A DNA stretch of 64,000 bases from Candidatus Multivoradales bacterium (lineage in GTDB: Bacteria > Acidobacteriota > Thermoanaerobaculia > Multivoradales > JAHEKO01). The translations under genes were made by a program, and so were the position numbers. The stretch spans positions 448,001 to 512,000 of the forward strand of contig CBDCVR010000013.1 of NCBI GenBank assembly GCA_965223155.1, read 5' to 3'. The notes under the pieces were generated by a model. The model was not told the DNA's origin. It saw only the letters and a list, made by a program, of their open reading frames with translations, and did no database searches. Of the stretch, positions 10,092 to 21,427 are shown piece after piece; the first letter of the stretch is position 1, and the number at the start of each line of letters is the position of its first letter.

Positions 10092-10120
10092 CGAAGGATT
10101 CCTAGCACCGGTGCATCCAA
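10092..10120 (+). promoter_or_regulatory. Second copy of the putative ECF promoter CGAAGGATT-N12-GCATCCAA
   Basis: All 17 motif bases and the 12-nt spacer match 5649-5621; both copies are followed by nnGAG. Confidence 0.65.
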
Positions 10121-10222
10121 CAGAGTGCCCGAGAGCCGATGACGGCGGAATCCCGAACTCGGCCCCGGGCCCAAACCCCGGCCCCCCGGGATTCGTACAA
10201 GAAAGTGAAAGCGACGGACGTC

Positions 10223-10351
10223 ATGACCAAGCTCAAAGATCGCAGGACCCTGGCCCAGATCGGTGGGATCCGGGCCTACCTGCGCCAGGTGGCCTGGTCG
10301 CTACGCTGGCCCTTCGTCTTGCGCCGCCGGATTCGCACCGCCGGACGCTGA
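10223..10351 (+). CDS. Putative small basic protein (42 aa)
   Basis: MTKLKDRRTLAQIGGIRAYLRQVAWSLRWPFVLRRRIRTAGR; GC3-rich codons; A-rich leader; downstream of the ECF-like promoter. In-frame upstream starts at 10205 and 10139. Confidence 0.45.
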   Translation: MTKLKDRRTLAQIGGIRAYLRQVAWSLRWPFVLRRRIRTAGR

Positions 10352-10448
10352 TCCGGCGCCCCACGACCGGGCGCCGTCCGCAACGGACTTGACAAGGGCC
10401 CGAGGGTCGGGCGACCCTAAGGCCGCCAAACCGGCCGTCCGCCTGACC

Positions 10449-11834
10449 ATGTCGTCCCAACGCGAAACCTGGGGCTCGCGCCTCGGCTTTGTCCTAGCTG
10501 CCGCCGGCAGTGCCATTGGGCTGGGCAATCTCTGGAAGTTCCCCTACATCACCTGGGCTAACGAGGGTGGCGCCTTCGTCTACGTCTACGCCCTGTGCAT
10601 CCTGGCGGTAGGCATGCCGATCATGATCGCAGAGATTCTCATCGGCCGGCACACGCAACGAAGCCCGGTGGGCGCGGTCCGGCAAGCCTTCGGAACCGGC
10701 TGGAGCTGGATCGGAGGATTGGGTGTCTTCACCGGTTTCGTGCTCCTGTCCTACTACGTGATCATCGCGGGCTGGACCCTGCGCTACTTCGTGGCGTGCG
10801 TGCGCTGGTCGCTCTCCGGCTTCGACCCGGCCGCGGCCTCGGCCGAGGCCTTCGGTCTCTTCGCCGCCAATGGTCCACAGCAGGTCCTGCTCGCAGGCTC
10901 GTTCATGGCGATCACCATCTGGATCGTCTCCCGGGGCGTCAGCTCCGGCATCGAGCGGGTCGCCAAGATCCTCATGCCCACACTCTTCGCCATCCTGGTG
11001 CTGCTGCTCCTGAGCGCGCTCAGCATGGACGGCGCCCGCGAGGCCCTCGGCTACATCTTCCGCCCCGACTTCGCCCGCCTGGAGCCCGCCGGAGCGCTCG
11101 AAGCCCTCGGCCACGCCTTCTTCACCCTGTCCTTGGGCATGGGCGCGATGATCACCTACGGCTCCTATCTCAAACGGCGCGACTCGATCGTGTCTTCGGC
11201 CGGAATCGTGGTGTGCCTCGACACGCTCATCGCTTTTGTGGCCACGGTCATCATGTTCTCGGTGATCTTCAGCGTGCCAGGCATGCGCGAGCAAGTCACC
11301 AAGTCCACGGTCGGCATGCTCTTCCTGACTCTGCCTCAGCTTTTCTACACAGCGGTCCCGCTCGGCAAGCTCCTGGCCCCGCTGTTCTACGTCCTGGTGG
11401 CCTTCGCCGCCCTAACCTCCACGATCTCGCTACTCGAGGTCGTGACCAGCTACTTCATCGACGAGCGCGGGATGAAGCGTCCGCGCGCGGCTCTCGCCTG
11501 CGGCAGCGCCATCATGGCCTTGGCCGTCCTTTGCGGCCTGTCCTTCGGAGGCTGGGGCGCGGTCTCCAGCTTCGAGGTTTTCTCCGGCAAGGCCGGACTG
11601 TTCGCGACGTTGGATCACCTGGTCTCGAACTGGCTCCTGCCCGTCGGTGGCTTCCTCATCACCTTTGGAACCGGCTGGCTGATGACCCGTGAGCGCACCG
11701 AGGCGGAGCTGATGGATGGCAAGGCTCCCCGTTGGTTCCATTTCGGCGTCTGGCGCATCTTCATCCGCTACGTCGCGCCGCTGGCGGTGGCCCTGATCCT
11801 GGCCGCCGTCTTGACCGGCAAGGACTTCTCCTAG
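10449..11834 (+). CDS. Sodium-dependent transporter, neurotransmitter:sodium symporter (NSS/LeuT-like) family
   Basis: RETWGSRLGFVLAAAGSAIGLGNLWKFPY, GGAF, FFTLSLGMGAMITYGSY, FAALTSTISLLE; many TM helices. Confidence 0.95.
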   Translation: MSSQRETWGSRLGFVLAAAGSAIGLGNLWKFPYITWANEGGAFVYVYALCILAVGMPIMIAEILIGRHTQRSPVGAVRQAFGTGWSWIGGLGVFTGFVLLSYYVIIAGWTLRYFVACVRWSLSGFDPAAASAEAFGLFAANGPQQVLLAGSFMAITIWIVSRGVSSGIERVAKILMPTLFAILVLLLLSALSMDGAREALGYIFRPDFARLEPAGALEALGHAFFTLSLGMGAMITYGSYLKRRDSIVSSAGIVVCLDTLIAFVATVIMFSVIFSVPGMREQVTKSTVGMLFLTLPQLFYTAVPLGKLLAPLFYVLVAFAALTSTISLLEVVTSYFIDERGMKRPRAALACGSAIMALAVLCGLSFGGWGAVSSFEVFSGKAGLFATLDHLVSNWLLPVGGFLITFGTGWLMTRERTEAELMDGKAPRWFHFGVWRIFIRYVAPLAVALILAAVLTGKDFS

Positions 11835-11907
11835 CCTGCCCGCCGGCCACGCCAGACGTCGTGAGCCAAACGCGATCTCGCGGCAGCGAGCCCGGCAGAG
11901 CGTCGGC

Positions 11908-14670
11908 TTAGCGCGGACGAATCCGGGAATCCAGCCGGCCCAGCCGGAAGCGGGCATCGAAACGGCACCCACCGTCGGCCTGGTTCTGGGCGGCTCGGCA
12001 TGAGGACTCCAGATCGCGGCCCTTGAGGGCGCCGCCGCGGTCCACCCAGCCGACCAAGGCGTTCCAAGCACCCAGGCGCTCGGCATCCGTGAAACCGCAG
12101 TGACTTGCGGTCTTCTCCACGGCGACGCCGGCCAAGAAGTTGTCTTCCGGAGCGAGAGCGGCATACTCACGCTGGTTCTCGACCAGAAACACGGCATCCT
12201 TGCTGGTGTGGATCGAGAGCACCTTGGAGCCCTTGACCCGGCCGTTGGGATCGTAGAAGCGGCGGAGCTTGCGTCGCCCAGGTGCATCGGCGCGAATCCG
12301 CTGGATCGACGCGTTGAGGGCGGCCGAGCCGTAGTTCACCGACTCGTTGCCGACCGGTAAGCGGTTCTTGAGCTTCTTCTTGTCCCGGACCAGGTCGCTG
12401 AAGCCGAAGACGGCCAACTCCATGGCCTCCTGGAGACCACCCTCGGGAATATCCAGCACACGCAGGAGCTCGTTCAGCCGGTCCTTCTCGAGTCGGCTGC
12501 GCTTGCTGCGGTCCTTGGCTAGGCCGGTGCATCGATTGACCGCCGCTGCGAGGTCTAGGACCGTCACGTCGTGGTTGCGCGGCAGCCCCTTGGCGTTGCC
12601 CTCGATGCCGGCACCCGGCACGTCGCCGCACACGGCTCGAAAGGCCATCCACATATCGAAGGCACCTTGCCAATTCGGGCTCCCGGCCATCGGCCCGCAC
12701 ATGGTGAGTGCCCCATCGATCTTTCCGAACTTCCCCTTCTCGACGGCGTAGACGGCGACCAGGCTTCCACTGCCCTCGCCCACCAGGAAGACACGTCCCG
12801 GCTTCCCGTGCCGGGCCGTGAAGGTCGTGACCAGCTTCTTGAGATCGGTGTTGGAGCGGAACACCGGCCACCCTGGAACCGAATAGCTGGTTGCGGCCAC
12901 CGCGTAGCCCTGCTCGAGCTGCTCGACTGCCAGAGGGCCGAGGTCGTCAACCACGCGCACTCCGAAGAAGTTGGAGGCGTGGTTCCAGAGGACGAGGTCC
13001 CCGTTCCAAGCCGTGGGCACGGCCATCAGAAACCGGGCGCCGCCGGTGTGCTGGCCCTCTGAGCAGTCGCAGGCTCGGAGATCAAAGGCCACCGGCTCGC
13101 TCCAATCCCCGTTGCCGAGCGGGTTCGACGCACGCACCCGCCAACTGTAGGGACCGGGATTCAACAGCCGTGATTCCCACCGGCAGATCCCGCCGCTGCA
13201 GACGTCTTCCCGGGACAGGCTGACGGTGCCGCCGAGCGGCTCTTCGATTTCGTAGCTGTCGGCTCCGAACGATTCCCGCCAACGCAGAATCGGAGTGGGA
13301 TCGAAGGTCGGCGCACTCGGTGCCAGCGCCTGGGGCGCCTCCGGCGGCGAGTCGAATACGGTAAAGCGAACCGATGGGCTCCAGGTCCCGCCGCAGATAT
13401 TGGTCGCCAGGACGCGCCACGTATAGGAACCAGTGCCCAAAGTCGTACCGCCCGAAAGCGAGCAGCGGGATCCCGGGCAGGCCTCCTCGGCGCCAACCTC
13501 TTGGTTCACCACCCTCTTGCCGTTCTCGTCGAACACTTCCAGGTGGTAGCTCTCGGCGATGGTGGCCCGCTTCCATTCGAAGGCGGGATCCACGCCACCG
13601 GCGGCGAAGATCTCCGAGTCCGGGGTGTAGAGGGTGGTCACCTGCTTGGGCGCGGCGGCGACCACTTCAAAGGACTGATCCGCAGAGAACGGGCCGTACC
13701 CGGCGGTGTTGCGCGTTTGCACACGGAAGGAGTTCGTCCCGGTCTTGAGGCTTACCGGGGCGCTGAGCCGGCACGTGCTGCCACTGCACAGGCCGCTGCC
13801 GCGGTGCCAGCGGTCGAAGGCCTTACCGCTGGGACCGTCGATGACCACGCGGAACCAGTTGCCGCAACTCGACTTGGACACGGTCTCCTTGTTCCAAACG
13901 AGCTCGGGTCGGGAACCGCAGATCTTCCCGGACGGGGACTTGGGACTGGGCGCGCCCGGTGCCCGCTTGCCCCCAGTGTGCTTCCAGAACTCCGCGGCCA
14001 AGACGTCGAAGCCCTTCGAGTTGGGATGCCCGACCGGATCGACCTTCCCCGCCGGCGGCTTCCAGTAGTTCTGTGAAAAGCAGGATGAGGACGTGCAGAG
14101 CCGGCTCCAGGGATCCGCGAAGCAGCGTCCGTTCGAAGACGCCCGCGACTGAATCCTGGCCCGCAGCTCCTGCGCCACCGCGTTGCGGGCGGCAACGCTC
14201 CGGCCGTCCGACGCCAGGTGGCGAATGATCGAGCCATGGACGGCTTCCACTCCCTTGGCGGCAGCCTTGTCGGCCATGACGGCGAGATTGAATTCGATCG
14301 TCTGGGCCGAGAACTTCCTGGTGTCGTTGGAGCCCTCCATCAACATGACGAGGTCCCAGGATCGTTTGTTCAAGACGCCCTGGATCCGGGTCACGCCGCT
14401 GGCGGTGCGCTCGCCGGCCTTGCCCTCATTCTCCAGCAAGCAGTCCCCCTTGCCACCGCAGTCGAAATAGCTGCTGTCGGCAAGGCGGCCTGGATAGCCG
14501 CAGAGGTCCTGATTCCCGCACTTGGAACTACGGGCGGAGTCGAATCCTTGCGCTTGGGTGATGCTGTCGCCGAAAGCGAACATGCGAAACGTCTCCTGAG
14601 CGCCGACGGCACCGGCGGCGAACGTGAGAACTGCGGCCACCAGAGCGATTCGAGCACTTCGCTGCGTCAT
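11908..14670 (-). CDS. Secreted multidomain protein: SGNH/GDSL hydrolase, three FN3/Ig-like repeats, and an alpha/beta-hydrolase-like domain
   Basis: Signal peptide; FGDSIT, GKAGE, EGSND, DPVGHPN (SGNH blocks); three repeats with CxxxxC and WRVxAxN-like motifs; C-terminal LVLWNH...SHCGF. Confidence 0.8.
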   Translation of the reverse strand: MTQRSARIALVAAVLTFAAGAVGAQETFRMFAFGDSITQAQGFDSARSSKCGNQDLCGYPGRLADSSYFDCGGKGDCLLENEGKAGERTASGVTRIQGVLNKRSWDLVMLMEGSNDTRKFSAQTIEFNLAVMADKAAAKGVEAVHGSIIRHLASDGRSVAARNAVAQELRARIQSRASSNGRCFADPWSRLCTSSSCFSQNYWKPPAGKVDPVGHPNSKGFDVLAAEFWKHTGGKRAPGAPSPKSPSGKICGSRPELVWNKETVSKSSCGNWFRVVIDGPSGKAFDRWHRGSGLCSGSTCRLSAPVSLKTGTNSFRVQTRNTAGYGPFSADQSFEVVAAAPKQVTTLYTPDSEIFAAGGVDPAFEWKRATIAESYHLEVFDENGKRVVNQEVGAEEACPGSRCSLSGGTTLGTGSYTWRVLATNICGGTWSPSVRFTVFDSPPEAPQALAPSAPTFDPTPILRWRESFGADSYEIEEPLGGTVSLSREDVCSGGICRWESRLLNPGPYSWRVRASNPLGNGDWSEPVAFDLRACDCSEGQHTGGARFLMAVPTAWNGDLVLWNHASNFFGVRVVDDLGPLAVEQLEQGYAVAATSYSVPGWPVFRSNTDLKKLVTTFTARHGKPGRVFLVGEGSGSLVAVYAVEKGKFGKIDGALTMCGPMAGSPNWQGAFDMWMAFRAVCGDVPGAGIEGNAKGLPRNHDVTVLDLAAAVNRCTGLAKDRSKRSRLEKDRLNELLRVLDIPEGGLQEAMELAVFGFSDLVRDKKKLKNRLPVGNESVNYGSAALNASIQRIRADAPGRRKLRRFYDPNGRVKGSKVLSIHTSKDAVFLVENQREYAALAPEDNFLAGVAVEKTASHCGFTDAERLGAWNALVGWVDRGGALKGRDLESSCRAAQNQADGGCRFDARFRLGRLDSRIRPR

Positions 14671-15710
14671 CGTTCGACCTCCGGGCGGGACGACGCCAAT
14701 CCTCCGGCAGGAACGAAGGTTGGCGCCCCTCCTTCCAGCCGCAAGAGCGGTCGTTCCGTGATCCGGTCCGGCAGGCTTCCGGGCGCGCTCGCCAGACGCG
14801 AGCTGCGGCTACCGAAAGAACGAACCTCGAAGGCGCTCCAGAAATCGGGCACGACGCTCCGGTAGGTGAGAAAGATCTTCGAACCAAGTGTCTCCCAAGC
14901 CGCGTCGACGCCCCCCCGCCCCGGCAGGACTTCGCCGATTCGCCAGCGACCCGCCGAATAGACGGCCGAACGAACACGGTAGTCGTTCCCGTCGAACCAA
15001 CTCCAAGCGGCCAGCGCGCCTTCCCGGTTCGCCACCACCGAGGGGATGACGTCGGGAACGCGGTTGTCGCGATGGAGGCGGCGTGGGCTGGACCAAGCGC
15101 CGATGTCTCCAGCGACCGCGTCGGCGCTGCGTAGGCTCCAGAAGATCTCGTCATCTTCGCCATCGAACCCGGCCCAAACCAGGAGCCAGCTGCCGTCTTC
15201 GAGCACCGCGCCGGAAAGCGCGAGCTGGGGGCCATCGATCGGCGCCGAGACGCGCTCGCTCCGCTCCCAAGAGCTGCCGTTCCAGACCGCCGCTCGCACC
15301 GTCAGGCGCTGGTGGGTTCCCCCTTCCAGCCAGGCAATGCCGTCGATCCGGCCATCTCGATCCAAGAGAACGGGTGAGAGTTCCAAAGCCTGATTGCGCG
15401 CCGGGATTCGAGGCAGCTTCTGGAAAGCGTTAGCGCTTTGGCCGGTTCTCGGCCGCTCCGCAAGACGAACCGCGACGCGGCCGTCGGCATCCAGGCCAGC
15501 CACGACGAAACCACCCTCGGCCGCGACGGCTGACTCGATTTCGATCTTCGGGCTCCGAACCGTCGCAACCGTCCGGCCCCCCTGGTACAACTCGACCCGA
15601 TCGCGATCTTGTCGGAAGCGAACCGAGTCGGCTTCCCCGGCGGCGGCGGCAGCCGTGCCGACGAGTCCACCCAAGACAACAACGACCGGCCAGTACCGTG
15701 ACCCCTTCAT
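14667..15710 (-). CDS. Secreted hypothetical protein, probable beta-propeller
   Basis: Signal peptide; SD GAGGAG; repeated Trp-rich strands (LLVWAGFDGEDDEIFWS, LAAWSWFDGNDYRVRSA); stop overlaps the next ATG. Confidence 0.75.
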   Translation of the reverse strand: MKGSRYWPVVVVLGGLVGTAAAAAGEADSVRFRQDRDRVELYQGGRTVATVRSPKIEIESAVAAEGGFVVAGLDADGRVAVRLAERPRTGQSANAFQKLPRIPARNQALELSPVLLDRDGRIDGIAWLEGGTHQRLTVRAAVWNGSSWERSERVSAPIDGPQLALSGAVLEDGSWLLVWAGFDGEDDEIFWSLRSADAVAGDIGAWSSPRRLHRDNRVPDVIPSVVANREGALAAWSWFDGNDYRVRSAVYSAGRWRIGEVLPGRGGVDAAWETLGSKIFLTYRSVVPDFWSAFEVRSFGSRSSRLASAPGSLPDRITERPLLRLEGGAPTFVPAGGLASSRPEVER

Positions 15711-15763
15711 GCTTTCGTTCTCCTCTTCGAACGGCTAGGCCTGGCTGCCGCGCTCCCCATACA

Positions 15764-15796
15764 CGAAGGAAGCAGCCCGAAAAGCCGCTTCCTTCG
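15764..15796 (-). terminator. Intergenic hairpin (terminator or processing stem)
   Basis: CGAAGGAAGCGGC-UUUUCGG-GCUGCUUCCUUCG on the minus strand, 13-bp stem; weak U tail. Confidence 0.55.
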
Positions 15797-15835
15797 CTTG
15801 GGATGATGCACGGCCTGGCGCCGTTCGCTCCCGCT

Positions 15836-16834
15836 CTACCCGCAGCCCCCCGAGGAGGGATGCTTGCAGAAGTTGTTGACCGCAGCCGTGATCGAGCTAA
15901 AGGGACCGGTATGGACACCTTCGTTGGTCGTGCGCTCACCGATCCAATCGATGTGCACCCGCCCACCCGACTCGAAGCGAAGGCCCAGGCGCCGCTTGCC
16001 CGCCGGCGAAGCCCAGCGCTGGAGCTTCACGACCGAGCTCTGATCGGAACCCGAAAGAGCGCCGCCCGAACCGCAACCACCGGCCGCGGCGCAGTGCGCG
16101 TTCACCGCGGGAGCGATGCTGCTATAGGGGCCCACGGCGCTGATGACACCGCTGACCCGGCGGTCGACGTAGTGCCGGCCACCACCCTGGAGGCGCAGCT
16201 GGACGCCGCGGCTACCGCTCGCCCACTGCCGCAGCCGGACGATACCGACCTGGTCGGCACCCGAAAGTGCGCCTGAGGGCGGGGTCGTGCCGCCGCCGCC
16301 ACCGCCACCACCACCCCCACCGGAGCCCCCGCCCCCGCCGCCGCCCGGATTGGTCGGCGCGACGTCTCGAATCAAGGGGCTCGCGCCGTCAATCGCGACG
16401 GCCCCGGCGAGCTGGAAGGCGTTCTTGGGGCCCACCCTGGGCATACCCTTGAACTGGAAGTTGAAGACCACCACGTCTCCGGCCTTCATGGGCTTGACCG
16501 ACTGGCAGTCGCCGGCGCCGTTCCGGCGCACGTTCGAGCTCAGCCCGAATGTCGTCGGGTTCTCTTGATCCTGCCGCGAGATCTCGACCTGGGCGTCGAC
16601 CCGGCCGCGATTGCTGAGAGCGAGGTTATTGACATAGCCCATGCACACCAGGACGTCGCCTTCGGCGTCGGTGGGCAGGACGATCGAACGCTGGAGAGCG
16701 GTCGGGTGCTTCTCGCCCCCACCGAGGAAGCGGGAATCCCCGAAGTGGACCCAGTCTGCGCTCGCCGGAGCGACCGCGATCAGGGCCAGGACGGGCACAA
16801 GCGCCCACAGGAGTCGTTTCGAAAGCTTCTTCAT
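15836..16834 (-). CDS. Secreted hypothetical protein: unrecognised N-domain, poly-Gly linker, two ~70-aa repeats
   Basis: Signal peptide ending ASA; SD AGGAG; repeats GALSGADQ...GPYSSIAPAVNAHC and GALSGSDQ...GPFSSITAAVNNFC, 210 nt apart. Confidence 0.85.
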   Translation of the reverse strand: MKKLSKRLLWALVPVLALIAVAPASADWVHFGDSRFLGGGEKHPTALQRSIVLPTDAEGDVLVCMGYVNNLALSNRGRVDAQVEISRQDQENPTTFGLSSNVRRNGAGDCQSVKPMKAGDVVVFNFQFKGMPRVGPKNAFQLAGAVAIDGASPLIRDVAPTNPGGGGGGGSGGGGGGGGGGGTTPPSGALSGADQVGIVRLRQWASGSRGVQLRLQGGGRHYVDRRVSGVISAVGPYSSIAPAVNAHCAAAGGCGSGGALSGSDQSSVVKLQRWASPAGKRRLGLRFESGGRVHIDWIGERTTNEGVHTGPFSSITAAVNNFCKHPSSGGCG

Positions 16835-16844
16835 CGGGTCGCTC

Positions 16845-17336
16845 CTATTCCACCGGCTCGAGAGGGTTCTCGCCCGCGACGGCGATCGCCGCCGAGGTCT
16901 GCACGAGATTTCCCTCGGCGACTCTGGGCATGTTCTTGAACTTGAATCGAAATACCACGACGTCGCCTTCGGCCAAAGGAGCGATCCGCTCGCAGCCCTC
17001 GGACTCGTTCTCCTTCACCGATCCGGCCATCTCGACCATCTCATTCTCCTCGGCCTCGGCGCGGGAGATCTCGACCACCACATCCAGCTTGCCCTTCTTG
17101 CCGTTGTTGTGGTTGTTGGCGTACTTGTAGCAAACCTCGGTCTTGCCTTCGGTGGCCGTCGGCAGCACGAGGCTGCGCTCGAGCGTCTTCGGATGCTTCT
17201 TCTTCTTGCCCTCGGCGTGGAACATGGACTCGCTAAAGTGGAGCCAGTCGGCCGATGCAGGGGCGGCTACGGCCAGAATGGCCGTTACGGTCAGCGCCGC
17301 CGCTCCGATGCGCTGAGCCGTCGTCAATCGGTTCAT
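16845..17336 (-). CDS. Secreted hypothetical protein, paralog of the N-domain of 15836-16834
   Basis: SD GAGGAGG before ATG 17336; shares ASADWxHF, HPxxLxRSxVLPT, VEISR, GDVVVFxFxFKxMPRV with the downstream gene. Confidence 0.85.
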   Translation of the reverse strand: MNRLTTAQRIGAAALTVTAILAVAAPASADWLHFSESMFHAEGKKKKHPKTLERSLVLPTATEGKTEVCYKYANNHNNGKKGKLDVVVEISRAEAEENEMVEMAGSVKENESEGCERIAPLAEGDVVVFRFKFKNMPRVAEGNLVQTSAAIAVAGENPLEPVE

Positions 17337-17580
17337 GAAACCTCCTCGTGCCGGTGCTCTCCCGGGCTTGGTGCTTCCCACGGTGTAACTGCTGCCGGAA
17401 CTATTGAATGATGCAGAGGATCGATCCCGGACGGGATCGCCGTTAACCCTACCCACAGACGGCGCCCCGGTCAAGTTCGCCCTCCTAGTCCGCCGCCTTC
17501 TTTGCAAATCTCGTGCGAGGGGCCCGCAAGTCGGCGCGCCAGGGCCCGATTCCCAAACTGGCGATTCCTTACGATTTTCC

Positions 17581-17608
17581 TTGACAGACGGTCCGGCTTC
17601 AGTAGAAT
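17581..17608 (+). promoter_or_regulatory. Sigma70-type promoter of the M23 peptidase gene
   Basis: TTGACA-N16-TAGAAT, about 60 nt upstream of ATG 17668. Confidence 0.75.
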
Positions 17609-17667
17609 GGCGCCCGGTCCTCCGGCTCCGAACTCCGAGACGGTCGATTTTTCTCCCGACAGCTCGC

Positions 17668-18546
17668 ATGGATTCGAAGAAGCACACCATCATTTTTGTG
17701 CCCCATGCCCGGGCTCGCTTCATCAAGTGGCGCATCTCCGGCCGCGTCCTGACCGGAATCGCCGCGGGGCTCGGCTTTTTTCTGTTGCTGTCGCTAGTGA
17801 CGACCTGGTCGTTCTTTACCAACAACATCGACCGGAACGAGCTGGCCCGGATCCAGGAAGAGAACCAGCAGCTTCGCGATGTCAACCGTTCGTTCGAGGA
17901 CAGCATCGGCGACCTCGAGAATCAGCTCGCCAACTTCGAGCAGAGAACGCGCCAACTGGCGATCGTGGCGGGCCTGGAGACCACGGCGGGGAGTCCCGAG
18001 TCGGGCATCGGTGGCGCCGAGCTCGTCCCCGCTTCCCTGTCCGCTGTAGGGGACGGCGACTTCGACGTTCTCCGCGCTCGCGCCGGAGACGTCTTGACTA
18101 GCCTCGACTCGATCCAGAAGCAGTTTGACGAGCGCGAGCGCTGGATCTCGTCCACGCCGGTGATCGAGCCCGTGCGCGGAATTCTGACGTCCGGATTCGG
18201 CTACCGCAGGGATCCTGTAACCGGACGCCCCGCCAGCCACTTCGGCGTCGACATCGCGACCGCGCCCGGCCGCGCCGTCCAGGCACCCGCCACCGGCATC
18301 GTGGTACGTGCCGGCCGCATCGGCAGTCTGGGCGAGGCCGTCTACATTTCCCACGGATACGGGGTGACGACTCGCTATGGCCACCTCTCCGAGGTCTTGG
18401 TCTCCCCCGGGCAGCGCGTTTCCCGCGGGGACACCATCGGCAAGGTGGGCAGCACCGGCAAAGCCACCGGCTACCACCTCCACTACGAAGTCCGCATCGA
18501 CGGCGAGCCGGTCAATCCGATCGCCTACATGTTGGATCGTTCGTAG
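17668..18546 (+). CDS. M23-family peptidoglycan endopeptidase (TM, coiled coil, LytM domain)
   Basis: TSGFGYRRDP, HFGVD (HxxxD), TRYGHL, TGYHLHYEV (HxH). Confidence 0.93.
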   Translation: MDSKKHTIIFVPHARARFIKWRISGRVLTGIAAGLGFFLLLSLVTTWSFFTNNIDRNELARIQEENQQLRDVNRSFEDSIGDLENQLANFEQRTRQLAIVAGLETTAGSPESGIGGAELVPASLSAVGDGDFDVLRARAGDVLTSLDSIQKQFDERERWISSTPVIEPVRGILTSGFGYRRDPVTGRPASHFGVDIATAPGRAVQAPATGIVVRAGRIGSLGEAVYISHGYGVTTRYGHLSEVLVSPGQRVSRGDTIGKVGSTGKATGYHLHYEVRIDGEPVNPIAYMLDRS

Positions 18547-18678
18547 CGTCTTCTCACATCGCACCCGATCTCGGGGTCGCGTGGAGGCGCCGAGGAACGC
18601 GGGCCGGGAACAAATTCGGGCCGCCGGCGGTTTGCTAGACTGGCTCGCCCGTCGGCCCGGGCCCCTCGGTCTCGAATC

Positions 18679-21384
<2,706 letters not shown>

Positions 21385-21427
21385 GGGCTCGGGCCGCCCT
21401 TCGACCGGGGCTCGCCCTAGACCGGCG

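Noticed and set aside
5621-10120. Invertible segment or mobile element bounded by the inverted motif copies
   Set aside because: The spacer sequences differ, no recombinase or target duplication is seen, and the placement fits promoters better.
16287-16346. CCG-rich repeat as a separate repeat element or poly-Pro ORF
   Set aside because: It encodes the poly-Gly linker of the minus-strand gene.
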